Positions 36,959 to 50,298 of a stretch of 64,000 bases of DNA are shown here, piece by piece. Each line of letters starts with the position of its first letter. Position 1 is the first letter of the stretch. The position numbers were made by a program, and so were the translations under genes. Source of the DNA: Paraspadella gotoi (Eukaryota > Animalia > Chaetognatha); the NCBI GenBank assembly GCA_051294375.1, contig CM119269.1, positions 7,160,778 through 7,224,777 of the forward strand, in the 5' to 3' direction. The notes beneath the pieces are model-generated. The model ran no database searches, had not been told where the DNA came from, and saw only the letters and a program-made list of their open reading frames with translations.

Positions 36959-37220
36959 TTAAAAAAATATCAGCCCTCTCAGCCTTTCGATTTTTGTTCT
37001 TCTCTTTTCTACGCAGACGCGCCTTTGAATTATTTTTCTTCGTTTATTATTCTTTCCCCTCATCCAGGTTCGAATGTCATTTTTCAACTTTTCTATACGC
37101 TGCAAGACACCATTAGCTTCTCCAAGTGCATGAGCATCTTTATATCGGAGACTGCAAAATTTTCTTTTCATCACTCTAATCTTCTCCAAACAATTTGAAA
37201 AACCACAATTTACAAGACTT
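36959..37220 (-). CDS. Coding-like fragment, weakly Myb/SANT-like (LVNCGFSNCLEKIRVMKRKFCSLR) followed by a basic helical segment
   Basis: ~85 open codons of non-repetitive sequence after a possible taatttag acceptor. The CxxKIxxMKxxF pattern resembles trihelix/MSANTD domains. Confidence 0.25.
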
Positions 37221-38869
37221 CTAAATTAGGGCTTTTTTGGACGCGTGGGAAAAAAATAAACCAAAACTAACATTATCCTATACTGACATCGCGGAGCCTA
37301 CATCCTCGGAACATCACGAACACACATCGTTGAACTTATTGTTCCTAAATGACGAAAACAAATATTATCTCTTCAAGTTTTATTTTCTGAAATTTAAGTA
37401 TTGTACCAATTAGATAATAAGCCTGCATCATGCAATGTAGTACAATCGCCGCTTTGCCGAATCATAATTTTTTATGTTAAGCAAAACGATTTGACTGCGT
37501 ATCTTTAAAAAAGTCGTATTTTTTTTTAAATGAACGTTTGTGTACAGAGAAATTGAAGAAGATTTCAGGTAGCAAAGGCTGTCTGATGTAGGGACTAGTC
37601 CAAATTTAAAGCGCTAATTCATCCGGACACCTTCCTAAACGATAAAGCTCTTTAATTAAGTTAAATCCAGTAAATCTTTAAGCACAGCTTTTGTTTAAAT
37701 CAGAGTTAAAAGCCTATATACCAGTTTTTGTTGTTGCGCTGTTAAAAAAAAATCGCAATTCGGCATAGGCATGATATGAATAATTTTTTTCTTCTTTCTT
37801 GTGTACATTTGAAAAGGATAAAGACTTGAATTACATTTTTTTATTAATTTAAATTTCTTTATCCATAAAATCTGCTATTATTTTGTTCAGGCTTCGTTAA
37901 AGTAAAAAAAACAAGCAAACAAATTATGTTGTAGGCTTGAAGTAAAATTATTTTAAATATTAAAAATGATAAATACAAAAAATATGTTTTTCAGCTGATT
38001 ATGAAACCCAGGTCTGGGACATCTAGCCTTCTTGTCTGTGAAAAAAAAATCGTCATTTCATATCTTTAAGCTGCAACCGTTAAGAACAGCTTGACACTGC
38101 TTTGTTATCAGTAATACAAGTTGTAAAAAATTTATATAGGCTGGTTAAAATATTTGACAAAAGCAAAACATCATTTGTGTTAAAATTGTATTGATAATTT
38201 TTTTTTTAAATCTAGCAAGGAATTAATTTATTATTTATTCATCCATTTTAATTTAAGAAAAAATATCTTCGTTAATTAGCCTATTGGGAAAAGGGGTTCA
38301 TTGAGTGACTTAATGATGAAATTTTTAGATTTCTTTACTGCCCCCATTTTCACAAGATATTAAAAGAGTAACATGGATTATCATTGTCCAAAAAGTCCAG
38401 ATTTACTCTGCTACCCTTTCTGCCAAACCTTGATTCCAAATCTTTTCCCTTTTATTTCCCTTTTCAAATTGCTATAATAAAAAAAATAATTTTCAGAGAA
38501 CCCAAAATTCGGCTGGAGTCGACTGCCATTCGGTAAGCCTTAGTATACGCCCACTTCCCGATCGAATTTTAAATGAGCGTTTTTATTTCCAATCTATTTG
38601 AGACATAACACTAATATTAGTAACATAGTTTCTTAAATTTTTTTTATACGAATTCTATGAAAAATATGGGAATAGAACTTTTTTTAAAAAAAATTTTATC
38701 ATCTTTCACCCTATATTCCAGTCAATCTAAAAAACAAAAAAAGATTTTGCATTGATATTTTGAAATTATCAACATATGAAAAACTATAACGTTTCAAAAA
38801 AATACAAAAAAAATTAAGTATAATTATATTTGAACTCACGGAATTTTTATATCTCGAGGCACCACTCAG

Positions 38870-39345
38870 CGTCTCTGTTTGTCGAGTCATAAAAATGCAG
38901 GTGGAATTGACTTTGATTCTCTCGCGGAAAGATAAGGACAACAACAACAACAAGGAAAAAATAAGGTTGGCTAAGACACGGACAACGACGACGACGACGA
39001 CGACGACCTCGGTTCTGAAAAGAAAGCCAAAACAAACAAATAAACAACGACGACGACAACAACGAATCCGCTTAAACGACGATGACTGGAACCGATGGAA
39101 AAAAATTGTCAGCCGAACGCAACAAGAAAATGACAACGATGAGGGTGACAACGACAATGACGGTGACGGCAAAAAAACGAACTTCTTACGACAATGTCAG
39201 CCATGACGAATAATACAAAATGGGGATAAAATGTAAACAAAAATTATGCGTTAAACATACGTAAGCCTCGGAACTTTTCTGCTCAGGTCTCGGAAAAAAC
39301 CGCTCCATTTTCTACGAAATTGATCGATACAAAATTCGATTCGTG
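38870..39345 (+). CDS. Noisy candidate cadherin-like exon(s)
   Basis: Fragments in shifting frames: GGIDFDSL, an Asp-rich insert, and NVNKN...NFSAQVSEKTAPFST (resembling DxNDN-PxF-YxAxVxE). Confidence 0.3.
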
Positions 39346-39539
39346 AACCAAGGGACCAATCATGACTGAACCAACACGAACGTTATCTTCAACCGAAAAC
39401 TCAGAAAGTCAACAGTCGAGGAAAATTAGACGCAAAGACGAGAGATTTTCTCTTCTTCCTCCCTTTTGTATCTTCTTCCTCCCTTCCTATTCTTTTCTTC
39501 TCCGTTCTTCCGCTATATTATGCTTTTTTTTTCTCTCTT

Positions 39540-39712
39540 TTCTCTCTTATTTCTTTCGCTTCTTCCTCTTTCTTTTATTTCTCCTTTCGCTTCTTCCATT
39601 CGCTCCTTCCATTTTCTTTTCTTTCTTTCGCTTCTTCCTCTTTCTTTTCTTTCCCCTTCCGATTCCTCCATCCGCTCCTTCCATTTTCTTTTCTTTCTTT
39701 CGCTTCTTCCTC
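39540..39712 (+). repeat. ~72-bp pyrimidine-rich tandem repeat running into a gap
   Basis: tttctttcgcttcttcctctttctttt...cgctccttccattttcttttc repeated. Confidence 0.75.
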
Positions 39713-40278
39713 NNNNNNNNNNNNNNNNNNNNNNNNNNNNNNNNNNNNNNNNNNNNNNNNNNNNNNNNNNNNNNNNNNNNNNNNNNNNNNNNNNNNNNNN
39801 NNNNNNNNNNNNNNNNNNNNNNNNNNNNNNNNNNNNNNNNNNNNNNNNNNNNNNNNNNNNNNNNNNNNNNNNNNNNNNNNNNNNNNNNNNNNNNNNCTTA
39901 GTTATTTCGAGGGCATTTACCCCCCCTGCTCCTCCTCGGATCAAAGCCCCCGGATGAGAGTCTCGCTTCTTCCTCGTTGGAAAAACCTTTCTCGGTTCTA
40001 GCGACACGTTTTCCTCGCTTTCCGTCCTGACCTCTCTGTCGACCTCTCTCTCCTTCTTTCCTTCCTTTCTTCTCTCACTTTTTTCCTTTTTTTTTCTTAT
40101 TTCTTATCCTTTTTCTTTTCTTTTCTTACCTTCTCTTTCCTTTTTTCTCTATTTTACATTTTTTCTTTTCTTTTTTTTTATTTTCTTTTTTATCTTCTCT
40201 TATTTTTTCATTTCTTTTCTCTTCTTGTCATTTCATTTTAGCTTCTTTCTTTAAACGTTTAACTTTAAATCTTTTTTA

Positions 40279-40309
<31 letters not shown>

Positions 40310-40360
40310 NNNNNNNNNNNNNNNNNNNNNNNNNTCTCTCGCTCTCTCTTCTCTCTCATG

Positions 40361-40640
40361 GCCGTATACTCAGAAGCCTCGTATCAGTGCAGCGTCCGGG
40401 AGCCAGCCGCGCGGCGGCCAGAGCGGCTGGCTCCCTGCCTTCGACTTACGTCGCTCGACTCTTCTTTACTCCTCTTCCTCATTCCTTCTCCTTTATCTCC
40501 CGATCCGCGCGGCTGCACAGTCGATCCGATCGGAGCTGCAGCCGGTGAACTTACTCTATTTCTCTCTCTCGTTACCCTTCGTCAAGCCGCCGAGGCTCTG
40601 TCTCTTGGCCTCCGAGCGGTTTCTCGTATTATGGGTTTCG
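40361..40640 (+). CDS. Candidate cadherin-repeat exon (AVYSEASYQCSVREPAARRPERLAPCLRLTSLDSS...TVDPIGAAAGELTL)
   Basis: 102-codon open frame after (CT)n. Motif order matches the cadherin pattern PxFxxxxYxxxVxE...LxAxD...IDPxxGxIxL. Acceptor is imperfect (ctcatg). Confidence 0.4.
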
Positions 40641-42334
40641 CGCGGGATCCTGGGAGTCTTTTTTGACAAAAAAAGAAGAAAAAAAGAAAGAAAGAAAAAG
40701 ATCATGAAAAAAATATTACAAAATTGCAAACAATTAAAATAAACCATATGAACAAACGAAATAAATAAGGAAAGTATAAGGAACGGGCGTGTCTAGAAAA
40801 AATTACTGAGGAATATTAAACAGAAAATTATCAATAACAAGTGAAAAAATTTTCTATATTCTGTTCCTTTTATCTTTAATTTATAAAGATTTTGAGGCTA
40901 AAAAATAATAATATTACGAAAAAAGATATTAAATCTAACATTAATGATTAAATTATGCTGAAAACAATTTTGAAAATCATTGATTAAAGATGAAAAATGA
41001 TCGCAAATAAATTATATATATAATTTGCATTTTTGTTACGCGAGGACGTAGAGATGATAAATAGTCGCAAAAATTTTTAATCAAGTAGAATCAAAAATTC
41101 AGCTTGCACCTGTGAATATTCTTTAAATAAAAAAAAAATTCTGTATTTTCAATTTTAAACATGAGTATACATCTGGCAAAGCTTCACTCTCTGGGACACG
41201 GGTTAGCAATATCTTTACAAAACCACACAATTTATAAAAATTATCCAATTATGTCGAGCTGTTTTAATTAAATAGGCCTCATCTTCGCCCCTGACTTTAG
41301 ACAGGCTTTGCGGTGGGCTTTTGAAGCGCGCCCCCATCACTCTTATCAAGATATCTCCTAACATGGCAGGTCCCTGCAAGCTCCTCAATCAAGACTCTCT
41401 CAGTCTCCCGATCTCTTTTCTATTCATCCCAGAGTACCTGAGCTTCCCTATCGGCAACGAGGTGCGGCTATTAATTTTCAAAGAATGTTATCAAATGATT
41501 GTAATAATATAATGTGTTCTTGCACCAATGTGATTGCTTTATAAAGAAGATATTATTTTTAAAAAAATATTTTCTTAAAATAAAAAGAGAATTAGTTTGA
41601 TTTAACCAATTGATTATTTTTTGATTATTTTTTTGATTACTGACAGAACTATTCAAAACAAAATGTAAACATATTTATTAATTGTTTTTTTTAAAAAAAC
41701 ATAGTTTAATTATTTAAAATGTTTATGCTCTCTTTTGCCTTATATTCAACCTTACAATGCGAGTTCATTAACTTCTCATTTCGCATATTCAAGTCCCCTC
41801 GATCTTTTCTTACTAACCTTTTGAGCATACTTGATCTCCCGGCTGTGTATCTAATTTCCATAAATATGTTCTGATGATGTATTTTTGAAAGTTTTTGAAA
41901 ATCTGAATCTAGATCTAGGCAGTAATAATAGAGTTTGAAAACAAAATACTGATAATACCATTGCATAAATACTTGCTAAACGATAGAAATAGAGAGTGAG
42001 ACGGCAAGAGCAAAAGAGAGTCAAGAGAGAGCGCTAACGAGAAGAGAGAGAGAGAGAGAGGAGAAGAGAGAGACGAGATCGCCCCCGATCCGCTCGGACT
42101 TCGACCGGAAGAAGCCCGAGCACCTCAACATCGAGAGAGAGAGAAAAATCTCCCCGATCGTCCGAGCGCGAAGAGAAGCCCCGGAAGGAAAGTGACGCGT
42201 CGGCAGCCGGCGCGCCGCTGCTCCGGGGGACGGCTGGCGTCCGGGAGAGCTGAGTAGTATGACTCCTCTCTCTCTCTTCTCTCTCTTCTCTCTCTCTCTC
42301 TCGCTCTGAACTCTATTCGAAGCTCAATTATCTT

Positions 42335-42592
42335 TTTTCTTCTTATTTTTTAATCATTTCCATGTTCATTCTTCATTCAATTACCAAACTAATCTTCCTA
42401 CATCTCTCCCTTTCATCCGACGTATTCTCTTCTATTCGTAAGATGCACTTAGTTGCTGCGGCGTTCAAAAGTAATTTCGCTCTTCCTCTCCCACTCTCTT
42501 CTCTCTCTCATGTCCAGTTTACGCTCCCTTGCCCATCTTCCTCTCTTCTCTCTCTGCTCTCTCTTCTCTCTCTCTCTCTCTCCTCTCCTCGT

Positions 42593-42632
<40 letters not shown>

Positions 42633-43509
42633 CTCTCTGTATCCCTCTTAACTTTCGCCCCCTCCTTCCCGCCTGCCTTGTAATCATTTCGAATTTGTGA
42701 TTTATTGCATATTAAAATCTTTTTTTATTATCAAATTTTTATTTTTATATTCCACCCCCCTCCTTTCGCGCGCATCTCCTCCTTCAACACCGCCCCCTGG
42801 CGCCCCCCCCCACTTCTGATATGCGCGTCCACTTATTGCTCTCTTCTTTTAGATATCTCCCAACGTTTTTTTATAAGCCGCAAAATGTTTCGTCCATTTT
42901 TTTTATCCTAATTCTCGTCATCATTTTTTTTCGCCTTTCTGTTTTGTTTAGTTGTGGCCGCGAGTTAAACTCGCGGAAGCAACCGATAAGAACACCTTTT
43001 TCGGGTTCGGTCGGATCCGTCAATCTGTCCAGTTAGTCTTGTTAGGTCCGTCCCTCACTAACTTTTTACATGCTCATATTTCTGGAATAATACTCCTAGG
43101 TCTGCTCTTTTATTTATTTTAGGAACCTTGTCAATCTCGGCGACTGCTAGCTCTCTCCTTTGTTTTTTAAAAGGAAAGTACAAAGAATAAAAACAGAAAT
43201 CTAGAGTACATTACCGTCCAACATTCAGAACGAAAATATACGTAGATTAATAATAACACTGCGGTGTGCAACAGATTGAATTACAGGTTTTGTTTTTTTT
43301 TACTTTCTTTCTTTCTCCATTTTTCCTTTCTTTCTTTTCTCTTCCATCCTTTCATAATTATTTTCTCTCTTTCCATCCTTCTTTCTTTTGATTCTATTCT
43401 TTCCAACTTTTGCTTTCCACTGTTTCTTTCTGTTTCCGTCGATTTCCCTTTTCTTTCCTCGAGGTTCAACGCCTGTCTTACTCATCCTCCTTGCTCCCTC
43501 TCTCTCCTT

Positions 43510-43557
<48 letters not shown>

Positions 43558-44210
43558 CTTCTCTCCTCTCTCTCTCCTTCTTAGTTTCCCTTCTCTTTTC
43601 GTCCTTAGCCTTTTGACTTTTCTTCTTTCTTCCTGTTTCCTTTTTTTCCTTCCGCCCATAGTCTCAAAATATCTCAATTATCTGCAGACGGAATTCCGTA
43701 TTCCCTTTTTCCCTTTACTCTTCAATGATATGATGGATGTATATCATATATATCTTCTATGAATAAAGCCTCGTTTCCATCCACCTCCCTTATTCTAGAC
43801 TCTTCCTTTTGTTTTGCTCTCTTCTCCAGAATCCCTCCTCTTTCCTCGTCCTCTCCTCCTTATCCTCCTCTCCTCCTCCCTCCAGCCAGACACTAGCGAC
43901 CCTATTAAAGACGGTTTCGTCACGCCCCCTTTGGGTCACGTGACTGCAGACATCGAGAGACTGACCTCAATTCTTATCTTATTTCGCGTCTCAATTTCCT
44001 TTCGCCTGTCCTCTCTCTCTTCTCCTCTCTCTCTCTCCTCTCTCTCTCTCTCTCGCTCTCTGCTCTCTCTCTCTCTCGCTCTCCAACTTCTCACGTCTCA
44101 CCGTCGTCCTACCAGTGGAGGCGAAGATTCGATGAGGATAACTCGAGAAAGGAAGAGAGACAGAAGAGAGAGAAGCGGACAACATCGAGAGATGCAGAGA
44201 GAGGGGAGAG

Positions 44211-44249
<39 letters not shown>

Positions 44250-47200
44250 AGATGGAACAGAGGAGAGAGATGAGAAATGAGAGGAGAGTAGGAGAAAGAA
44301 GGCGAGAACACGTGAGATGAGTGAAATGAAGAATTATTGAATGTATAGAAAATTGATACGAACAGGATATGAATGAACTTAATGAATGAACAGCATGAAT
44401 GCTATTTTCTTAAAATATATATTCTTACCATATTTATAAAAGATTTCCATTACTTCAATTTTCTTTAAATTGCCATAACTGTTGCTTAAAATCCGTGTGT
44501 AGCCCGTACCTGTAAACAATATTTCGAGAAAAAAAAAAATGAAAAAAAAACAATAAAAAAATTATGGAAAAAAAACCGATTGTTTTACGCAATCCAGCTT
44601 CGAAGCTAGAAGCTATATCTGACGATCTGACTTGAAAATATTCCCTACTCTCTCTTCTCTCTCTCTATCTCTCTCTCTCTTCTCTCTCTCTCTCTCTCTC
44701 TCTACTCTCTGTACTACTCTACGATCTCATTTTCTACTCTTTACTCCTCAACTCCTACTTTCATATCTCTATTCCTGTTTCTATTTACCCCTGTGTCGTC
44801 CTTTTTTGTAATTCTCTGGCTTCAGAATTAAGTCAAGGATTACATGTATGTTCCATGTATATACAATAGCACAAATAATATCGCAAAATAGTCATAAATT
44901 TTTTTAAAAAAATATATGCTAATTAAAAGGGACAAAACAATATAGACATTTGCACATAAAGACAGCAGAAAGGAAAGCAAACAGAAGTCCTCAAAGACTA
45001 AAAAAATGGAATTTTCGAGATAACTTTCTTCTTCCATTCTCTCCCCTGTTTCACCTCCTCCTCTTCTCCTCTAATTCATTATGCCTCCTCCCCTCTCCTC
45101 CGCACCTTCTGCTCCGCCTCCATTTTATTACTCTCCTCTTCCTCCAAAAAAAAAGCTAAATTTTCAAGTTTATTTTATGCAAATTTGTTTCCCGCTGTTG
45201 TCAGTTGCTTTCGCGGTTGTTCCTCCGTTTTTTTTTCGCCAACCTTTCCTCTCGACGAAGAGAGAGGAGAAAAGTTGGAGTCGAACAAAATGATCAGTCG
45301 GGGACGAGAGGATGGAGAGGAAACGAGTCGAGACCTCTACTCGAGCGAGGAGAGAGCAACGAATCGGAGAAGAGGAAAAAACAGGAGCAGTACGTGAGGT
45401 AGTAAATATGAATAATGTGATTTAAAATGTTTCGTCGCAGAATACGGTTACGGTAGAAACAGTCACTTAGATGTATTGAAGATAGACTAAATAAGAATAA
45501 TTATGTTAATAAAATACATAATTCTAGAAGAAATACAGATTTTTCTTCATTGAATATTCAAGACGGATGGAGGACACATTTTCGAAATCACGTTGGAGAA
45601 GAAATTTTTTCGGGAAAAATGAATCTTCGAGAACTCTGGAACGTCTCGACGGTTGACATGAAATAGCCAATCATTTCTCAAACACAACACACAACGACAA
45701 AAAACGACGACGACGGTGCACCAGGTTCCCATTTCCGATCCGAAATTTCAAATACGTGCCCGTCGACCTTCGCTCGTACCACGGACGTTGGCGCCGACGA
45801 CGGCGTCGACGACATTCATACAGGACGACGCACGAACCAAAGCGTACAAACAACAACAAACAACAAGCACCGACGACGACGACGACCGACGACCCAAGCT
45901 TCGAACCAACGCGATTCGTCGGAAGAAAAAAAAAGAAAAAAATAATAAAAAGAAGAAACATCATTTTCGAATCCTTTACTTTTCGGACAAGATGAACGTT
46001 CTACCCCGTGATCCGTTCGAGAGTGACACAAAAGAAATATAATTAATATACTTTTAATATAAACAACGAGGGAAATAGGCGTGGTTTAGTCTCTATAGGA
46101 GCGTAGTATCGTACCACCGCATGCCAACCAACAACGAAGAAGGAGAGCGTGGTTTTATTAAAGGGGAAAAGAGGAGTTTTATTAGACTAAGAACACCGTG
46201 TTGGGATGATCGATTAAATTAACATACAAAATATGTACGATTATGCAGAGAAAAGAAGGCAGATGACCAATATACAAATAGTCATAAGGAGTTGATGTTA
46301 TGTTTCTTTTAGGTAAAGGTTGAAGAGTGATACCATTCCCTCTCTCGTTTCTCTGCCGTGGTATTCCTGAGGGAGCTTCCCCTCTGATTGGTCAACAGAA
46401 GAAAGACGGAGAAGCCAAGAGAGACAGCCACTGATAATCCATTCTCTGAGCGTTTAAATAAAAGTATTCGTGGTAAAATCAATTTGTTAAGAAACTGGTA
46501 GAAGTTTCAAATCAATGAATTTTATTTTATATTACCTATTTACTAAGTTTATAAATTTCTATTTATAACATAGTAAAATTTAATGAAAAAAGGCCATTTT
46601 AGCATGTTTATATTACAGAGAAAAAAACATTTCTACATAAGAAATCGCTTATTAAATTAGTCTAGCTCATGGACGTATCTGAAATTCTCGTAAAGATTCG
46701 GTAATTTTTTGAGTTAATGATTTTTTACATTATTTTTATTTAATTTATAAATGTTAAATGTTTGTTGACAGTTAGTCCATAAAAAAAAATGCATCTCATC
46801 TATTGACGGTACGCGGAATATTATGTTTTATACCGCACAAAATTTCCAAGTTAAAATTAGCTTTATTAAATGGGTTATTGATATTACCAATCACTATTTA
46901 ATGTAGTACTTAATTTAAAAATATTTTTAATACAGTTTTTATTGAAATGAATTTGATGCATCGTTATAAAAGGAGTTATCTATAATAAAGAAAATATAAA
47001 TGAATATTTATCAAAATCATGGCATAACAACGTCCAGTACTTAAGTTACAGATAGCAAAGAAAAAAAAAATTCAAATTTCTACGAAATAAGAAATGGTAA
47101 CATTTTTTCAGTGTCGACTCGCAAACGGACACGGGATATTCATTCCCTAAAACTAATTTAATTTATTTTTTCACGTTATATTTATCCTTTTTTTTTAAAT

Positions 47201-49600
47201 TCCTATTTTATATATGCGATTTTTCTTTCTATTTTCTTTCTTTTTGTCTTTTTTTGCGGGTCCTGTAGTGTTTAGCGATTGAGCCCCAGATTCTCCCCGT
47301 TCGCCCTCATAGCGACTATGTCAATTCGTCTAGTTGTTACAAAAACTTTGTCAAAGTCTAAAATGATAGTGAGCGCACTGATATTATGTAAAATTAATAA
47401 AGTCAGTTTATTATATAACCAAAACATTATAAAAAAAACTCAGTTTTAATCGAATTTATGTTATTAATTCTCGATTTATTAAAATCAGCTGCTGCGGTAT
47501 TTCCTCGAGTCGGACATTCCTGCCCGAATCGTCCTGCCCCGTGGATCTCCATCGTTTCAACCGTTGTGACGGGCGCCGATTAGGGAACAACGACGACGAC
47601 GACGACGAACGAAGCCAATTACCCAAAAATAACTTTCCATTTGGTCAACGAGGTGAGCTCCGGCAGCTTATTCCCATCTAACGTCAACTCCACATCGAGG
47701 TGAAGTTTTCGATTATTTCGTTCCGGGACCTAATGGCCATCTTGAAGGATCGAGCTCCCACACTGTGCCATACTTGCCGGAAGAATCGACATGAGTCCAC
47801 AATAGGCCACATCGAGTTTCATAGTACGTAAGTTGCGTACATAAACGCAAATATGCATATCGCTTCAAATATAGTCTCCGCTCGCATATCCTGTGTATGT
47901 CCTATCGACTACACCGCCTGATGCTCTCGATACTAGATACTCTTAGCATGCCGCAACTTCTCCTCTCTGGATCGTCATTTGATAAAAATGCACATAGATT
48001 CTCGTGTGCACCGAGAAACAAATTGTAAAATAAGGATTGAGGTAATAACTGAGGAAAAGAGGAGTTTGTAGTGTGTTGTGTTGTTGTCATTGTTGTTGTT
48101 GTTGTTGTTGTTGTGTTGTTGTTAGTTAGTTTGTCTGTTGTGTTGTTTGTTGTTGTGTCGTTTGCACTATAGTCAAATTTAACTTCTTTTTCAAATTTTT
48201 AAAGTTTCTGGTTCACAATTACAAAAATGTGTATCTCTGTTTATCAAACTTCCGTTGACGATTCACTACCACTACACGGTGCAAGAAGTTTTGATCGACG
48301 GGAACTTAATTCGTACAAAAGATCAAAGACGAATGTACATATTTGTAACTCCATTTCGATTTATTAACTCTTGAAATTAGACCGGTTCTTATTCCTGCGC
48401 TGGTATCAAAACATTCAGATTATTTGGTTTCATCTCTCATCGCCCAGTCATTATTCGTCCAACCAATCAGGCTATTGACCTGAACCCCTACCTCATAATC
48501 AACAGTGATGGTGGCGCGACCCTTAAAATTCACACTTCCATATAGCTAATGGAGAAACTCGCTCAGATCCATGGCTTTGGACGGACTAAGTATCGTTCGC
48601 ATCCAACGTTGAGTGCACAAGAGTATTCAATACCCTAGCGGTCACGCTGGTAAAGAGTGATGGCCTGTCGAGCAAAACACGCAGAGTGACTTGGTGCGTG
48701 CCGGTGTCGAGGCTCATGCCTCACACCCAGGCATCACACTGTCCTCCCGTTACCCATACAGAGCATTTCTTTATACCCGTCACGATGGTTTCTTATCACA
48801 CGAAGAAAGAAGTTCACACGATTGCCCAGAAAACTAGAAAAAAAAAAACTACCGAGGATTTCGAACAACACCGAAACATGAGCTCTACCAGAAACAATAC
48901 TACTATTCGCCATTTAAATAGGCTCCTAACAAACCTATAGGAAAATTAAGAGTTTAACCTAATACAGACTCTATTCAAAAAAAATATAAAATGAATTTCA
49001 ATAATATTACTTCTAGAACCGAATTTATAGCTACAATTAATCAATAAAAAACTGAAACGATCAACTAGAAAATTGATACAACAATTTGCGTAATAAAAAA
49101 TAACGTCGTAGGAAAAAAAACACCGAAAGGAGAGGAGAGAAGAGAGAGAGAGAGAATAGCAGAACGAAAGTATGTGAGAGGAAGAAAATTTGGCTCACGG
49201 GTCGACGGGATATCCTGGATACGATCCATGACTCCTTCTTCTTCCCTTTCCTCCATTTTTCCTCTCTCTCTCTCTCTCTTCTCTCTTCATCATCCTCTGC
49301 TCGTCCCTCTGCTCCTCTCTCTCTCGTCTCCTCTTCTCGTCTTCTATTTCCTTCTATTACAATTAAAATAATCCTTATTTTTCCCCTTTTGCATTTCCTG
49401 TTACATTTCACTTGAATACCTTCCTTTCTCTTCTTCCTTTTCTTTTTATTTCAGTACTTCTGTCCTCTCTTTCTCTTTACATTTACCATTTATTCTCTTT
49501 CTATATCTATTACTTCCATACTTTGTCTCCAATGTTTTTTTCCTATTTTCCTCGCTTCTTTACATTCTCTTCCTCCTTTACTCCTCATTTTCCCTTCTAC
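42335..49600 (+). repeat. 7-kb duplicated block, copy A (noisy duplicate of the cadherin-like gene 5' region)
   Basis: Colinear with 49640-56120. Exon equivalents at ~42885-43005, 45204-45398, 45562-45990 and 47489-47700 are all frameshifted by 1-bp indels. Confidence 0.9.
48565..48815 (+). mobile_element. tRNA-derived SINE, noisy duplicate of 55167-55406
   Basis: Aligns by eye with the 55.2-kb copy inside the duplicated block. Confidence 0.5.
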
Positions 49601-50193
49601 TCTCCTTCTTTGTTACGTTTTGCCCGACGATGCGTCTCTGCTGGTTTTTTAATCATTTCCTGTTTCATTCTTCATTCAATTACAACTAATTTCCTCATCT
49701 CTTCCCTTCATCCGACTTATTCTCTCTATTCTAAGATGCTTAGTTNNNNNNNNNNNNNNNNNNNNNNNNNNNNNNNNNNNNNNNNNNNNNNNNNNNNNNN
49801 NNNNNNNNNNNNNNNNNNNNNNNNNNNNNNNNNNNNNNNNNNNNNNNNNNNNNNNNNNNNNNNNNNNNNNNNNNNNNNNNNNNNNNNNNNNNNNNNNNNN
49901 NNNNNNNNNNNNNNNNNNNNNNNNNNNNNNNNNNNNNNNNNNNNNNNNNNNNNNNNNNNNNNNNNNNNNNNNNGCCCCCTCCTTCCCCCTGCCTGTGAAT
50001 CATGTCGAATTTTATTTATTTTCATATTAAAATCTTTTTTTATTACTCAAATTTTATTTTTATATTCCACCCCCCTCCTTTCGGCGCATCTCCCTCTCAA
50101 CCACCGCCCCCCTGGCGCCCCCCACTTTCTGATATCGCGTCCACTTATCTCTCTTCTTTTAATATCTCCCAACGTTTTTTTAAAGCCGCAAAA

Positions 50194-50298
50194 ATGTTCT
50201 CCATTTTTTATCCCTAATTCTCGTCATCATTTTTTTTGCCTTTCTGTTTTTAGTTGTGCCGCGAGTACTCGCGGAGCAACTCAATAAGAAACTTTTCG
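50194..50298 (+). CDS. Signal-peptide/anchor exon of the cadherin-like gene (consensus of both copies MFRPFFLSLILVIIFFAFLFLVVPRVLA-EQLNKKLF)
   Basis: Copy B reads LILVIIFFAFLFLVVPRVLAEQLNKKLF in frame, and copy A (ATG 42885) supplies MFRPFFLS. Each copy alone is frameshifted near the start. Possible donor TTCG|GTCGGT. Confidence 0.45.
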
